Shown here: positions 1-9,202 of the stretch, one piece after another
How positions within the stretch are numbered: position 1 is the stretch's first letter
How the letters are laid out: each line of letters starts with the position of its first letter
NCBI GenBank assembly: GCA_965650625.1
Contig: CBFGPE010000004.1
Coordinates: 23,115-87,114 of the forward strand
Length of the DNA: 64,000 bases
Source of the DNA: an uncultured Azospirillum sp.
Lineage (GTDB): Bacteria; Pseudomonadota; Alphaproteobacteria; Azospirillales; Azospirillaceae
Reading direction: 5' to 3'
The notes under the pieces: model-generated
Seen by the model: the letters and a program-made list of their open reading frames with translations, nothing else
Databases searched by the model: none
Told to the model about the DNA's origin: nothing
Position numbers and translations under genes: made by a program

Positions 1-1590
1 CCGGCGCGCGATCCACAGATCCTGGAAGGCGAACAGCCGGGTGCGCAAGGCCGCGGCGGCGGAGCCGGCGGGAACCGGGTCGGTGCCGCCCCGGCCCTCC
101 TCCTCGCTCGTCGCCATCAGGCGGTATCCCAGCCCGATCAGCATCTCGCGGGCCATGTCGTTCGCCGCCCGGCCCACCGCGGGATCGTCCCAGGCGCCGC
201 ACCGTTCCAGCAGGGCTTCCCACTGCGCGATGTTGGCGGTTTCCAGGGCCTCGACCGCCTCGGTGCGGCCGCCGCCCGGTTGCCAGCCCTTCCAGAAGAT
301 GACGCGCTTCTGGACCCGCTCCTGCAGGCCGATTTTGCTGCTTGGTCGCCGCAGCGGCCGAGGCCGGGCCGCCAGCACCGTGCAGAGCCGCAGATAGTGC
401 GATGCGACGGTATCCGGGGCCAGGGCCTGGCGCAGGCGGGGGGCGGCACGCCAAGCGCGGGCCTCGTGCTCCTCGTACCGGTCGAGCACCCGGCGGATGG
501 TCCGCGCCAGCCCGTCCGCCGTGGCCGGGTAACTGACCAGCCCGTGGTCGCTGCCGGCATAGAGCGGCAGCACGCTGCCTTCCTGCACCAGCGTGACGCA
601 GCCCATGCACGCAGCCTCGATCCCGCGGGTCACCATGCCGCCGGGACGCCGGTAATAGGCGATGGCCAGTCTGCTGCGCGACAGGAGGTCGTAATAGGTC
701 GCGTTGTCCAGGAAGCCGTTGAAGCCGACCAGCCGCAGCCCCTCGACTTCCAGAATCTGGTGGATCAGCGCCGCCTTGTCGGGGTGCCAGGGTGCGAACA
801 GGGTGCCGGACAGGAACAGGTCGACGTCGCGGTCCCGCCGCCGCAGCCGGGGCAGGCCGGCAGGGTGGCCGAAGCTCTTGGGCACGGTGGTGACGGGGGC
901 ATCCACCAGGGGCCGGACCCCGGCATGTTCGGTATGGTCGGTGACCAGGACCTCGTCGAACAGGCGGAGCCAGGGCAGCATCGCCTGGATGTGCATGTCA
1001 TAGTCGGCGGTCTGGCCCAGAAGCGGGCAGGGCAGGCTGTCCAGATCGGGCGGGATCTGGTGCCATTCCACCATTTCGCACAGGACGAAATCCGGAGGCT
1101 CCTCGCCCCGCCACAGCCGGCGCACCGAGGCATAGGGGGAGTTCGGCCGGTCACCCATTGCGTGGCCGATGTTGGTCAGGGCGAATTTAGGGTCCTGCGC
1201 TCCGCCGGCCAGCAGCACATGCGGACCGGAGGAGGGGGACGGCAGCAGCGACAGAACCTCGATCCGCGGCTTGCGCAGCAGGGCCAGCAGAGCGTGCGCA
1301 TGAGCTTGCCAGGGAGACGGTGCGTCCGACGTCGAGGCGGCCAGCCGTGCCAGCAGGGCGATGGCGCCAACTTCGTCGCCGGCGATCCACAGGGCGGCGG
1401 CCTCGTGGAATCGCGGAGCGGTCCCGTCGAACCGGCCAAGCCCGTCGATGGCTTCGTCGGTACGGCCGATCAGGCCGAGGGCGGCATGGTGCTGCCAGAG
1501 GTCGTCGCGTCCGAGCGCGATGAGCCCGGTATAGTTTCCCGTTACGAAGAGGTGTTCGGCGTCGTTTCTCTGCATACCCGCTTCAGCCAT
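1..1590 (-). CDS. Glycosyltransferase (CgeB/Glyco_trans_1_2-like), truncated by the window edge
   Basis: Manual minus-strand translation gives MAEAGMQRNDAEHLFVTGNY...DVDLFLSGTLFAPWHPDKAAL...YYDLLSRSRLAIAYYRRPGGMVTRGIEAACMGC. It is in codon phase with, and antisense to, the 280..1605 + shadow ORF. No stop was found before the left edge. Confidence 0.7.
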   Translation of the reverse strand, partial: MAEAGMQRNDAEHLFVTGNYTGLIALGRDDLWQHHAALGLIGRTDEAIDGLGRFDGTAPRFHEAAALWIAGDEVGAIALLARLAASTSDAPSPWQAHAHALLALLRKPRIEVLSLLPSPSSGPHVLLAGGAQDPKFALTNIGHAMGDRPNSPYASVRRLWRGEEPPDFVLCEMVEWHQIPPDLDSLPCPLLGQTADYDMHIQAMLPWLRLFDEVLVTDHTEHAGVRPLVDAPVTTVPKSFGHPAGLPRLRRRDRDVDLFLSGTLFAPWHPDKAALIHQILEVEGLRLVGFNGFLDNATYYDLLSRSRLAIAYYRRPGGMVTRGIEAACMGCVTLVQEGSVLPLYAGSDHGLVSYPATADGLARTIRRVLDRYEEHEARAWRAAPRLRQALAPDTVASHYLRLCTVLAARPRPLRRPSSKIGLQERVQKRVIFWKGWQPGGGRTEAVEALETANIAQWEALLERCGAWDDPAVGRAANDMAREMLIGLGYRLMATSEEEGRGGTDPVPAGSAAAALRTRLFAFQDLWIARR

Positions 1591-2222
1591 GCCAGGGCGC
1601 GGTAAATCCCGATCAGAGTCGCCGCATCCTCGATCTCGGAGTTGGCAGCCATCCGCTCCACCGTTTCCAGGTCGAACAGAGTGGTGGCGCCGAGACCTAT
1701 TTCAATTTCATCCGCCCCATCCTTGCCGGGAGCAACTCCGGGGATGGTGCCGGCGGCATCCAGCTGGCCGGCCGGCCGGCAGCGGCGGGCCAGGAACAGC
1801 AGTCCTCGTGCCGCCATGGTCGCTCCCTCCGGCGTGAAGGAGCCGAGCGGGACCAGATCCTCCGGTCCGCAAGCCAGCCCGGTCTCCTCGGTCAGTTCGC
1901 GCCGGGCGGCATCGGCCGGATTCTCCCCCTCGTCGATGAAGCCCTTCACCATCTCCCAACTGCGCTGTCCGAGCGGATGGCGGTGGTTGTGCAGCAGGGC
2001 GAAACGGCCGTCCGCTTCACCCAGCACAGCAACGCCTGTGACCATGTCGGGGCCGGCATGCACGGGTTCTACGACCAGATAGCCGTCGACGGTGGTGCCG
2101 TCGCCGCGCAGGTCGTCGGCATAAGCCCGCCATTTGCTGTTCGCGTAGACGAGACGGCGGGAGGTGAGGATGGGCGGCATGGGTGGAAATCCGGAATGGA
2201 GGTCAATCCGCTCCGACCTCAT
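1542..2222 (-). CDS. NUDIX hydrolase (ADP-ribose/NDP-sugar pyrophosphatase-like)
   Basis: Nudix box GFIDEGENPADAARRELTEETGL. Alternative start at 2180. Confidence 0.85.
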   Translation of the reverse strand: MRSERIDLHSGFPPMPPILTSRRLVYANSKWRAYADDLRGDGTTVDGYLVVEPVHAGPDMVTGVAVLGEADGRFALLHNHRHPLGQRSWEMVKGFIDEGENPADAARRELTEETGLACGPEDLVPLGSFTPEGATMAARGLLFLARRCRPAGQLDAAGTIPGVAPGKDGADEIEIGLGATTLFDLETVERMAANSEIEDAATLIGIYRALAWLKRVCRETTPNTSS

Positions 2223-3210
2223 AGCTCGGTTCGTAGACGATGATCTTGCTGCCGCCGTAATCGATGCCGAACTTGACGGTGATCAGGCGGTTGAGCCGCT
2301 CGATCAGGCGGCGGCGCATCTCCGGCTTGACGAAGAACAGCATGAAGCCGCCGCCGCCGGCACCCAGCAGCTTGCCGCCGCTCGCCCCGGCCGCACGCGC
2401 TTCTTCATAGATTTCGTCGACGATGGGGTTGCTGACGGAACTGGCGAGCTGGCGCTTGAGCTGCCACGCCTCGTGCATCAGCTCTCCCAGCCGGTAGGTG
2501 GGTTCGCGTTCGTCGCTGAGCAGGGAGACACCCTCGTCCACCATGGCGCGGATGCCCATCAACTGGCGTTCGCGATGCTCCAGGTTTTCGATCTTCTCCT
2601 TGGCGACTTCCGACGCGATGCGCGACAGGCCGGTGAAGACCAGCAGCATCGAGGACAGGAGTTCGACGCGCCGTTCCGGGCTGATGATCAGGGGCGTGAC
2701 GGCGAAGCCGCCGTCGGTGTGGAAATCGATCCGGTTCAGACCGCCGTAGGCGGCCCAGATCTGGTCCTGGTAGCCGACATTCTCGCCGATCACCTCCTGC
2801 TCGATGCGGATCGCTTCATTCGCCAGATCGCGCTTGCTGGCCATCTCCCCACGCATGGCGTAGAGGGCATTCAGCAGGCCGACGGTGAAGGACGAGCTGG
2901 ACCCCAGGCCCGAGCGCGCCGGCAGGTCCGCGTCGTGATGGACCTCCAGCCCGCGATGGGCCTTCATCTCGGAAAAGACGGCGCGGACCGCCGGATGTTC
3001 GATTTCCTCGATGGTCTTGGCCAGTTCGATGCGCGAATAGGCGAGGCGGTATTTGTGCTCGAAGAAGGGCGGCAGGCTGCGGACGTTGAGATAGCAGTAT
3101 TTGTCGATCGCCAGTCCGAACACGGCTCCACCATGGCGCCGCACCCAGGTCGGGTAGTCGGTGCCGCCGCCGAAAAGCGAAATGCGGAAAGGGGTGCGGC
3201 TGATGATCAC
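2203..3210 (-). CDS. hddA: D-glycero-alpha-D-manno-heptose-7-phosphate kinase (GHMP family)
   Basis: N-terminus MIISRTPFRISLFGGGTDYP, GHMP motif LPARSGLGSSSSF, GYQDQ, and GGKLLGAGGGGF. Confidence 0.85.
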   Translation of the reverse strand: MIISRTPFRISLFGGGTDYPTWVRRHGGAVFGLAIDKYCYLNVRSLPPFFEHKYRLAYSRIELAKTIEEIEHPAVRAVFSEMKAHRGLEVHHDADLPARSGLGSSSSFTVGLLNALYAMRGEMASKRDLANEAIRIEQEVIGENVGYQDQIWAAYGGLNRIDFHTDGGFAVTPLIISPERRVELLSSMLLVFTGLSRIASEVAKEKIENLEHRERQLMGIRAMVDEGVSLLSDEREPTYRLGELMHEAWQLKRQLASSVSNPIVDEIYEEARAAGASGGKLLGAGGGGFMLFFVKPEMRRRLIERLNRLITVKFGIDYGGSKIIVYEPSYEVGAD

Positions 3211-3353
3211 AGGCGGATATCCTTATATTGGTCCGGACTGCCGGCTCCAAGAATGTCCGGCCTGCTCGATGAATATCTGCTCGCCCCTTTTCGGGCGCTT
3301 CAGCGTCCATCGGATGCTTATTGAAGCAACCGGTGGACGCTGGCCTTTTGATT

Positions 3354-3402
3354 TTGAGCGATTCACGCTTCAGACGATTCCGTCTGAAACGATCGCGCTC
3401 TA
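3354..3402. repeat. Imperfect palindromic element supplying the TAG stop of the radical SAM gene
   Basis: ttgagcgattcacgcttcagacg-attc-cgtctgaaacgatcgcgctcta has a perfect 8-bp inner stem (ttcagacg/cgtctgaa) and outer gagcg/cgctc arms. Confidence 0.55.
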
Positions 3403-4920
3403 ATCGGCCAGGACTTCCATGCCGCTCTCCAGCAGAGCACGGGACAGGGAGTGCTTGGTCATCTGTTCGATATGCTCGCGGGTTTCCCAGCCGAAGCGCT
3501 GGGCCACCATGTCGAGATAGCGCTTGTTGGTGAAATATTCGGTAAAGGCCTGATCGCGGAAGCCCAGCACCTCCGCGGCGGAAATCTTTTCCGTCGGCAG
3601 CGGGGTGCAGTCGTAGCTGTGCTGGGAATAACCGCTCCACTGTTCCGGCAGGGCCCATCCCCTTTCCACCGCCATGGCGTAGAGCGGCGATCCCGGATAG
3701 GCCATCGCGGAATAGAAGTTGCCGAACTCGCAGTTCAGCTCCTTGGCCAGTTCCAGCGTCGCCCGCATGCTGTCCAGGTCGTCGTCGGGCAGACCGAAGA
3801 TGTAATTGCCGATGACGTGAATGCCGGCGGTCTGGATCGACTGTACAACGACACGGATGTCGTCCTGGGTGAAGGACTTGGACGCGCCGTCGCGGACATG
3901 CTCGCTGCCGGATTCGATGCCCAGGGCAAGCCAGCGGAATCCCGCCTTGCGCAGCTTTTCCAGCATGTGCGGCTTGACCGTGTCGACCCGGGCGTAGGCC
4001 CAGATGTTCAGGTCATAGCCGCGTTCGATCAGCCGGTCGCAGATCGCCAGGACATGGCGTTCGTTCAGGACGAACATCTCGTCGATGAACTTGTAGGTCT
4101 TGACGCCATAGTCGTTGTACAACCGGTCGATCTCGGCGACGACAGCGTCGGGCGAGCGCATGCGGTACCGGTTCACCCCGAACGGCGCGTTGATGCAGCA
4201 GAAGCTGCATTTGTAGGGGCAGCCGAGCGAGGTGTAGATGGAGGCGTAGGGCTGCCGCGATCCAAGGTTGCCGAAGCACTGCCAGTTGTGCGCCCGGTAC
4301 TTCTCCATCGGCAGCAGATCCCACACGTTGCCGTGCAGGTCGCCGTCGAGATCCTTGATCAGGGCCGGGGCGAGGTTGTTGCGGATCGTGCCGCCATCCG
4401 CATCCCCTCCGGTCCCCGCCACGCGGTAGACCAGCCCCTCCACCGCTTCGAGCGGCGGAGCCGGTTCCTTCAGCGCGTCGAGAAGCTGGGCGACGGTCAC
4501 CGGCCCTTCGCTGTTGCAGGCGAAGTCCACCGCCTCCTCGCGCAGCGTGCGCTCCGGCAGGGCGGCGACATGGCCGCCGACGATGATGATCGGCTGTTCG
4601 GGCAGGCGCGCCTTGATGGCGCGGCAGGTCAGTCCGGCCCCGACCATCTGCTGGGTCGAGGCGGAGGGCTGATGGCCGAACACCACCATTGCCACCAGGC
4701 GTGGCGCCAGTTCGGCGATGCGCTCCGCCACCTGGTCGGCGGTCAGGTGATCGGCCTCGGCGTCGATGATGTGGATGGAGTGGCCGCGGTCGCGGACATA
4801 GCCGCCGATCAGCCGGCACCACAGCGGCGGTTCGATCGCGGTCAGGGTTGACCCGAGGGACTGATAGATCTTGGTCCGCTCACCAGGGTTGACGAGGACG
4901 AGATCGACGTTCGGACTCAT
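3400..4920 (-). CDS. Cobalamin-binding radical SAM protein (class B methyltransferase-like)
   Basis: N-terminal B12-binding-like domain (IIIVGGHVAALPE), CxxxCxxC motif GCPYKCSFC, FIDEMF, WAYARVD, LGIESGS, and YPGSPLY. Confidence 0.9.
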   Translation of the reverse strand: MSPNVDLVLVNPGERTKIYQSLGSTLTAIEPPLWCRLIGGYVRDRGHSIHIIDAEADHLTADQVAERIAELAPRLVAMVVFGHQPSASTQQMVGAGLTCRAIKARLPEQPIIIVGGHVAALPERTLREEAVDFACNSEGPVTVAQLLDALKEPAPPLEAVEGLVYRVAGTGGDADGGTIRNNLAPALIKDLDGDLHGNVWDLLPMEKYRAHNWQCFGNLGSRQPYASIYTSLGCPYKCSFCCINAPFGVNRYRMRSPDAVVAEIDRLYNDYGVKTYKFIDEMFVLNERHVLAICDRLIERGYDLNIWAYARVDTVKPHMLEKLRKAGFRWLALGIESGSEHVRDGASKSFTQDDIRVVVQSIQTAGIHVIGNYIFGLPDDDLDSMRATLELAKELNCEFGNFYSAMAYPGSPLYAMAVERGWALPEQWSGYSQHSYDCTPLPTEKISAAEVLGFRDQAFTEYFTNKRYLDMVAQRFGWETREHIEQMTKHSLSRALLESGMEVLAD

Positions 4921-5293
4921 AGGATTGTTGCCAGACTCGGGTCATGAGGAGTGTGTCGGCCAGCATAGTCCGAAGGTAAAAGGCGGTCTAGGGAAAACAA
5001 GTTGTCTCGTGTAACAATTTAAGGTGGACATCGCCAGCAACCAAGCTGTTAACCATTGAAGAGCGGAGACGACATGTTAAAAACCTGAAATTATTTATTG
5101 TGCATAGAGGAGTATGAAAAACCCGATACCAAGAAACCTCCGGACGCCGCCGCGCGATCTCTTGAGACCTATTCAGGCCCCGGTGGACGAGGGGTGGCTG
5201 CCGTCGTCATGGCGCCTCCGATCCAGGATCACCGCCTTCGGTTCGGGCCGGCACGGCATGCCATGATATGCCATAAATTTCCGGCAAACGCGA

Positions 5294-6273
5294 TCAGGCG
5301 GATTGCCGCGCGTTCCACCAGGCGCATGTCCGCTCCAGGCCGTCGCGCAGCGATGTCCTGGCGCGCCACCCGAGCGCCAGACAGCGCGAGGCGTCCAGGC
5401 CTTTGCGTGGCATGCCGTCGGGCTTCTCCACGGCATAGTGGAAGCCGCCTTCGTAACCGACGACCGCGGCCACCATCTCCGTCAACTCGGCGATGCTGAC
5501 ATCCTCGCCCGAGCCGACATTGACGATCTCCTCGCCGCTGTAACGCTCCATCAGGAACACCAGGGCATCGGCGGCATCGTCGACATAGAGGAACTCGCGC
5601 CGCGGCCGGCCGGTCCCCCAGACCTCCACCGGCCCGATCCCGGCCGCCTTCGCAGCCTGGATCTTGCGGATCAGGGCCGGCACCACATGGCTGGCGGCCA
5701 GATCGAAATTGTCGCCGGGACCGTAGAGGTTGGTCGGGACGACGGCGATGAAATCGCGGCCGTACTGGCGGCGATAGGCCTGGCACAGCTTGATGCCGGC
5801 GACCTTTGCGGTGGCGTACCACTGGTTGGTCGGCTCGAAGGCGCCGGTCAGCAGGGAGTCCTCGACGATCGGCTGGTCGGCGAATTTGGGATAGATGCAG
5901 GACGACCCGAGGAACATCAGCTTCTCCACCCCGGCCAGATGGGCGCCGTGGATGATGTTGGCCTCGATCGCCAGATTGTCATAGATGAATTCGGCCGGCC
6001 GGGTGTCGTTGGCCAGGATGCCGCCGACGGTGGCGGCGGCGACGAACACGGCTTGCGGGCGCTCGCGCAGCATCCAGGCCTCGACGTCCCTTTGGCGGCG
6101 CAGGTCGACCGCGCCGCGGCCGACGGCAAGCGGCTGAGCGGCTGAGCGGCTGCGGCCGTCAGCCGACGGACCAGGGCCGAGCCGACCATGCCCGTATGCC
6201 CCGCCACCCAGACCCGCTTTCCGGCAAGCGGATACACCACCGGAGCCGCCTGCGTTCCAGTCGTGCTGTCCAT
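5294..6273 (-). pseudogene. fcl: GDP-L-fucose synthase/ColC-like epimerase-reductase, frameshifted by one extra 8-bp repeat unit
   Basis: The N-terminus MDSTTG...KRVWVAGHTGMVGSALVRRL starts at ATG 6273 with an AGGAAGGA RBS. It is in a different frame from the rest (VDLRRQ...AAATVGGILAN...FLGSSCIYPK...WYATAKVAG). The span is 980 bp, and removing 8 bp gives 324 codons. Confidence 0.85.
6129..6152. repeat. Perfect tandem repeat (AGCGGCTG)x3
   Basis: Read directly at 6129-6136, 6137-6144 and 6145-6152. It sits exactly at the fcl frameshift. Confidence 0.95.
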
Positions 6274-6707
6274 GGCGCGTCCTTCCTGTCCGTCGGCATG
6301 CCGTTCGGCCGGGGGCGAATGCCGTTGGCCAGTAAAAGGAAAATAACCACCCATTGTGCGCACCGCAATCCAAATGCCGCCATCCTGGCAACCGGGCCAG
6401 GAGTGAATATCCAAGTATGAGGCGGCGTCTTCCGCCGCATCGGCATGCCGCCGATCCAGGAAGACGGAAGGGCCGTTCCCTGTATTCCCTTGGTTTCCAC
6501 CGCCTCGACGGGCATTGGCAGGAAGATTCCACAAGCAAGTTGAGGATAATAAATAAAGAGAGAATCAACGCTCACTTTGCCGATCCGTTATTGATAAAAA
6601 TTGATGTTTCCATTCGGCCTGTGGCGTAATATCAAAAGTGTATATCGGCCGCGCGCCCTTTATAGGAAAATATTCTGCCTTCAACCCTCGCGCATTCCAG
6701 GGCTTCC

Positions 6708-8759
6708 ATGATCAAGACAGAGTTCAAGAGCAATGTTAAGAAGGCTCCAAAGGTCAGCTTTGTTCTTCTTGATTGGAAGTGCAGGGAAAGCTTCCACTCC
6801 CTCGATTACTTGGCGGAGCAGGATGTTCCGCGACATGATTACGAAATCATCTGGATTGAATATTATGCTCACACGTCAAAAGAAATAAGTGAAAAGATAT
6901 CTGACTATAGCGATAATAATCGTCCGGCGCCCATTGACCTTTGGCTTATTATGAATATGCCGGATGACCTATACTATCATAAGCACCTAATGTATAATAT
7001 TGGGATTGCGAAGAGTCGGGGTGATATTGTCATCATCTGCGACTCTGATGCGATGTTCACAAAATCCTTTGTTCGGACGGTGATCGAAACCTTCGAACGC
7101 ACGCCTGAAATTGCCCTGCACTTTGACGAGGTGCGCAATTCCAAACAGGATTTTTATCCCTTCAACTATCCGCCGTTCGAGTTGCTGACCGGGGATGGGG
7201 CGATCAATTGGCGCGACGGCAAGACCACCGGGCTGTGGGACACCGAGGACCCGCTGCATAGCCGCAATTACGGGGCATGCCTGTGTGCCAGGCGTTCCGA
7301 CCTGATCGCCATCGGCGGCGCCGATGAACACATGGATTACCTTGGCCATGTCTGCGGCCCGTACGAGCTGACCTTCCGCCTCGTCAACAAAGGCCTGAAG
7401 GAGGTCTGGCACGAAAGCGAGTTCCTGTACCACACCTGGCATCCGGGATCCGACGGCGACTTCAACTACATCGGCCCCACCGATGGCCGGCACATGTCCT
7501 CCACCGCGCTCGAGGCGCTGGAGAACGGTCGCATCATGCCGCTCACCGAGAACCCGGTCATCCGCCACGAGCGCGAAAACGGGGTGCCGCCGGCGAACGG
7601 CCAGTTCATCAATCCCGCCTGCCTGAAGGCCTGGACGCAGGAAGAGGTGGCGAAGTCGCCCCGCTTCAAGCTCTTCAAGCGCGGCCAGGGCGGCACCAAG
7701 CTGGTGCGGGAACTGGCCACCTACAACATCCTGTCCTACGACGGCAAATTCTACGGCGTCCCGCATTCCCTGGGGCCGGTTGATCTGGCCAGGAAGGAGG
7801 ACCGGGAAAAGCCGCAGATCGTCGAGGGGGCCTCGGCCGACGAGATCGAGGCGCTTCTCGCCGGGGGCCCGCCCCCCGCGCCCGTCGCGGCGCTTCCCGT
7901 GCAGCAGCCCTCCCAGCCCTCCAGACCGCGGGGCGTCCGGGCTCCTCCGGTTCTGGTCGGTATGGCCGGGCCTTTCAACGTGGTCTCCTATGACGACGCC
8001 TATTTCGGCGTTCCGACCTCGCTGGGACCGGTCGACCTGGCGGATCCGGCCCAGCGCGCCTTGCCGGAAATCCTGAAGGCCTCGACATGGAGCGACGTGG
8101 ACTCGATGATCCGGGCGCAACGCCTGATCCGGCTGGAGGTGGAGAGCCGTGCCCGGGAACAGATGCTGGAGCAGTTGCGGGCGGAACTTGCCGCCAAGGA
8201 CGCGATGATCGCGGACTTCCTGGACACGATCACCACCATGCGCGGTGAAAGCCAAAGCTGGGGTGAGGAGCGCGAGCGCCTGCGTCGCGAGCTGTTCAGC
8301 CTGCAGTTCCGCTTGAACGGTGCCGAGCTGCTCGACACGTTCACGCCGACCGACATCGCGGAGCGCCGTGCCGACGGCATCCGCGTCACCGCCGACAAGC
8401 CGGCCGGCTGTTTCCTGCACGGCTCGCGCCTGTCGCTGGGCAAGGGCAAGTACACGCTCGACATCTGGGGCGCAAGGCAGCACGCGTCCGCAGCGGGGCT
8501 GCCGGTTTTGAGCGTGGATCTGATCAGCAACGGCACGACCACCATCGGGACGTTCAACACCGAGCACTTCGCCGAAACGGCCACGCTGGTTTCGCTGGTG
8601 TTCCAGCTGAACGATGCGCCCACCAACGCCGGGCACGAGTTCGAAATCCGCCTCACCCACTATGGCCGCGTGGATCTGGTTGTCTCGAGGGTGCGGCTGC
8701 GCTTGACCTCCGATACGGGCGCAGCTTCCCCGGTGGGTCTTCACAGACAGCATGCATGA
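6708..8759 (+). CDS. GT2-like glycosyltransferase with internal repeats, coiled coil and C-terminal beta-rich domain
   Basis: GT-A-like N-terminus (KVSFVLLDW...SRGDIVIICDSDAMF...IGGADEHMDY...LYHTWHPG) and two copies of [YF]NxxSYDxxxxGVPxSLGPVDLA. Confidence 0.75.
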   Translation: MIKTEFKSNVKKAPKVSFVLLDWKCRESFHSLDYLAEQDVPRHDYEIIWIEYYAHTSKEISEKISDYSDNNRPAPIDLWLIMNMPDDLYYHKHLMYNIGIAKSRGDIVIICDSDAMFTKSFVRTVIETFERTPEIALHFDEVRNSKQDFYPFNYPPFELLTGDGAINWRDGKTTGLWDTEDPLHSRNYGACLCARRSDLIAIGGADEHMDYLGHVCGPYELTFRLVNKGLKEVWHESEFLYHTWHPGSDGDFNYIGPTDGRHMSSTALEALENGRIMPLTENPVIRHERENGVPPANGQFINPACLKAWTQEEVAKSPRFKLFKRGQGGTKLVRELATYNILSYDGKFYGVPHSLGPVDLARKEDREKPQIVEGASADEIEALLAGGPPPAPVAALPVQQPSQPSRPRGVRAPPVLVGMAGPFNVVSYDDAYFGVPTSLGPVDLADPAQRALPEILKASTWSDVDSMIRAQRLIRLEVESRAREQMLEQLRAELAAKDAMIADFLDTITTMRGESQSWGEERERLRRELFSLQFRLNGAELLDTFTPTDIAERRADGIRVTADKPAGCFLHGSRLSLGKGKYTLDIWGARQHASAAGLPVLSVDLISNGTTTIGTFNTEHFAETATLVSLVFQLNDAPTNAGHEFEIRLTHYGRVDLVVSRVRLRLTSDTGAASPVGLHRQHA

Positions 8760-8822
8760 CGGGGCGGCTCTGCCGGAGGCCGGCCAGAAACAGATCATTC
8801 GCTTTCCAGCGGAGGGGACGGA

Positions 8823-9167
8823 GTGTCCAACAGGATGTTTGAGCAGCGTCTTGCCACGGCCGAGAAGCGGATGGCCGAACGAGACCCGCGGAACCAGGAG
8901 CTGTCGGCCTTGGTCGAAGAGGTGGGCGAGCAGAATCGGCTGCTCCGGCACGCCTTGAACGAACAGGACAAGCGCATCCGGTCCCTGGAAGCCGCCTTGG
9001 CCGAACAGGCTCGCGTGCTTCAGGCCATCCGGGGGGAACTCGCGGACTCCGGCAGGCCAGTGGATGGCGGCCCGGCTCTTCTCAGCCTGTCGGCCCGCGT
9101 TCAGCTGATCGACGATGCGCTGACCGACCTTCGCCTTGCTGTTTTGGAAAGGTCCGGCACCCGGTAG
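8823..9167 (+). CDS. Hypothetical coiled-coil protein
   Basis: GTG start after GGAGGGG, heptad-like helical sequence, and it fills the gap between co-oriented genes. Confidence 0.6.
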   Translation: MSNRMFEQRLATAEKRMAERDPRNQELSALVEEVGEQNRLLRHALNEQDKRIRSLEAALAEQARVLQAIRGELADSGRPVDGGPALLSLSARVQLIDDALTDLRLAVLERSGTR

Positions 9168-9202
9168 AGTGCCGCCGCCCGGCCATTCGGGCCGGGGGGC
9201 TG

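Noticed and set aside
5294-6568. 424-aa ORF as an intact protein
   Set aside because: Its first ~150 residues are non-homologous read-through. The true N-terminus is in another frame.
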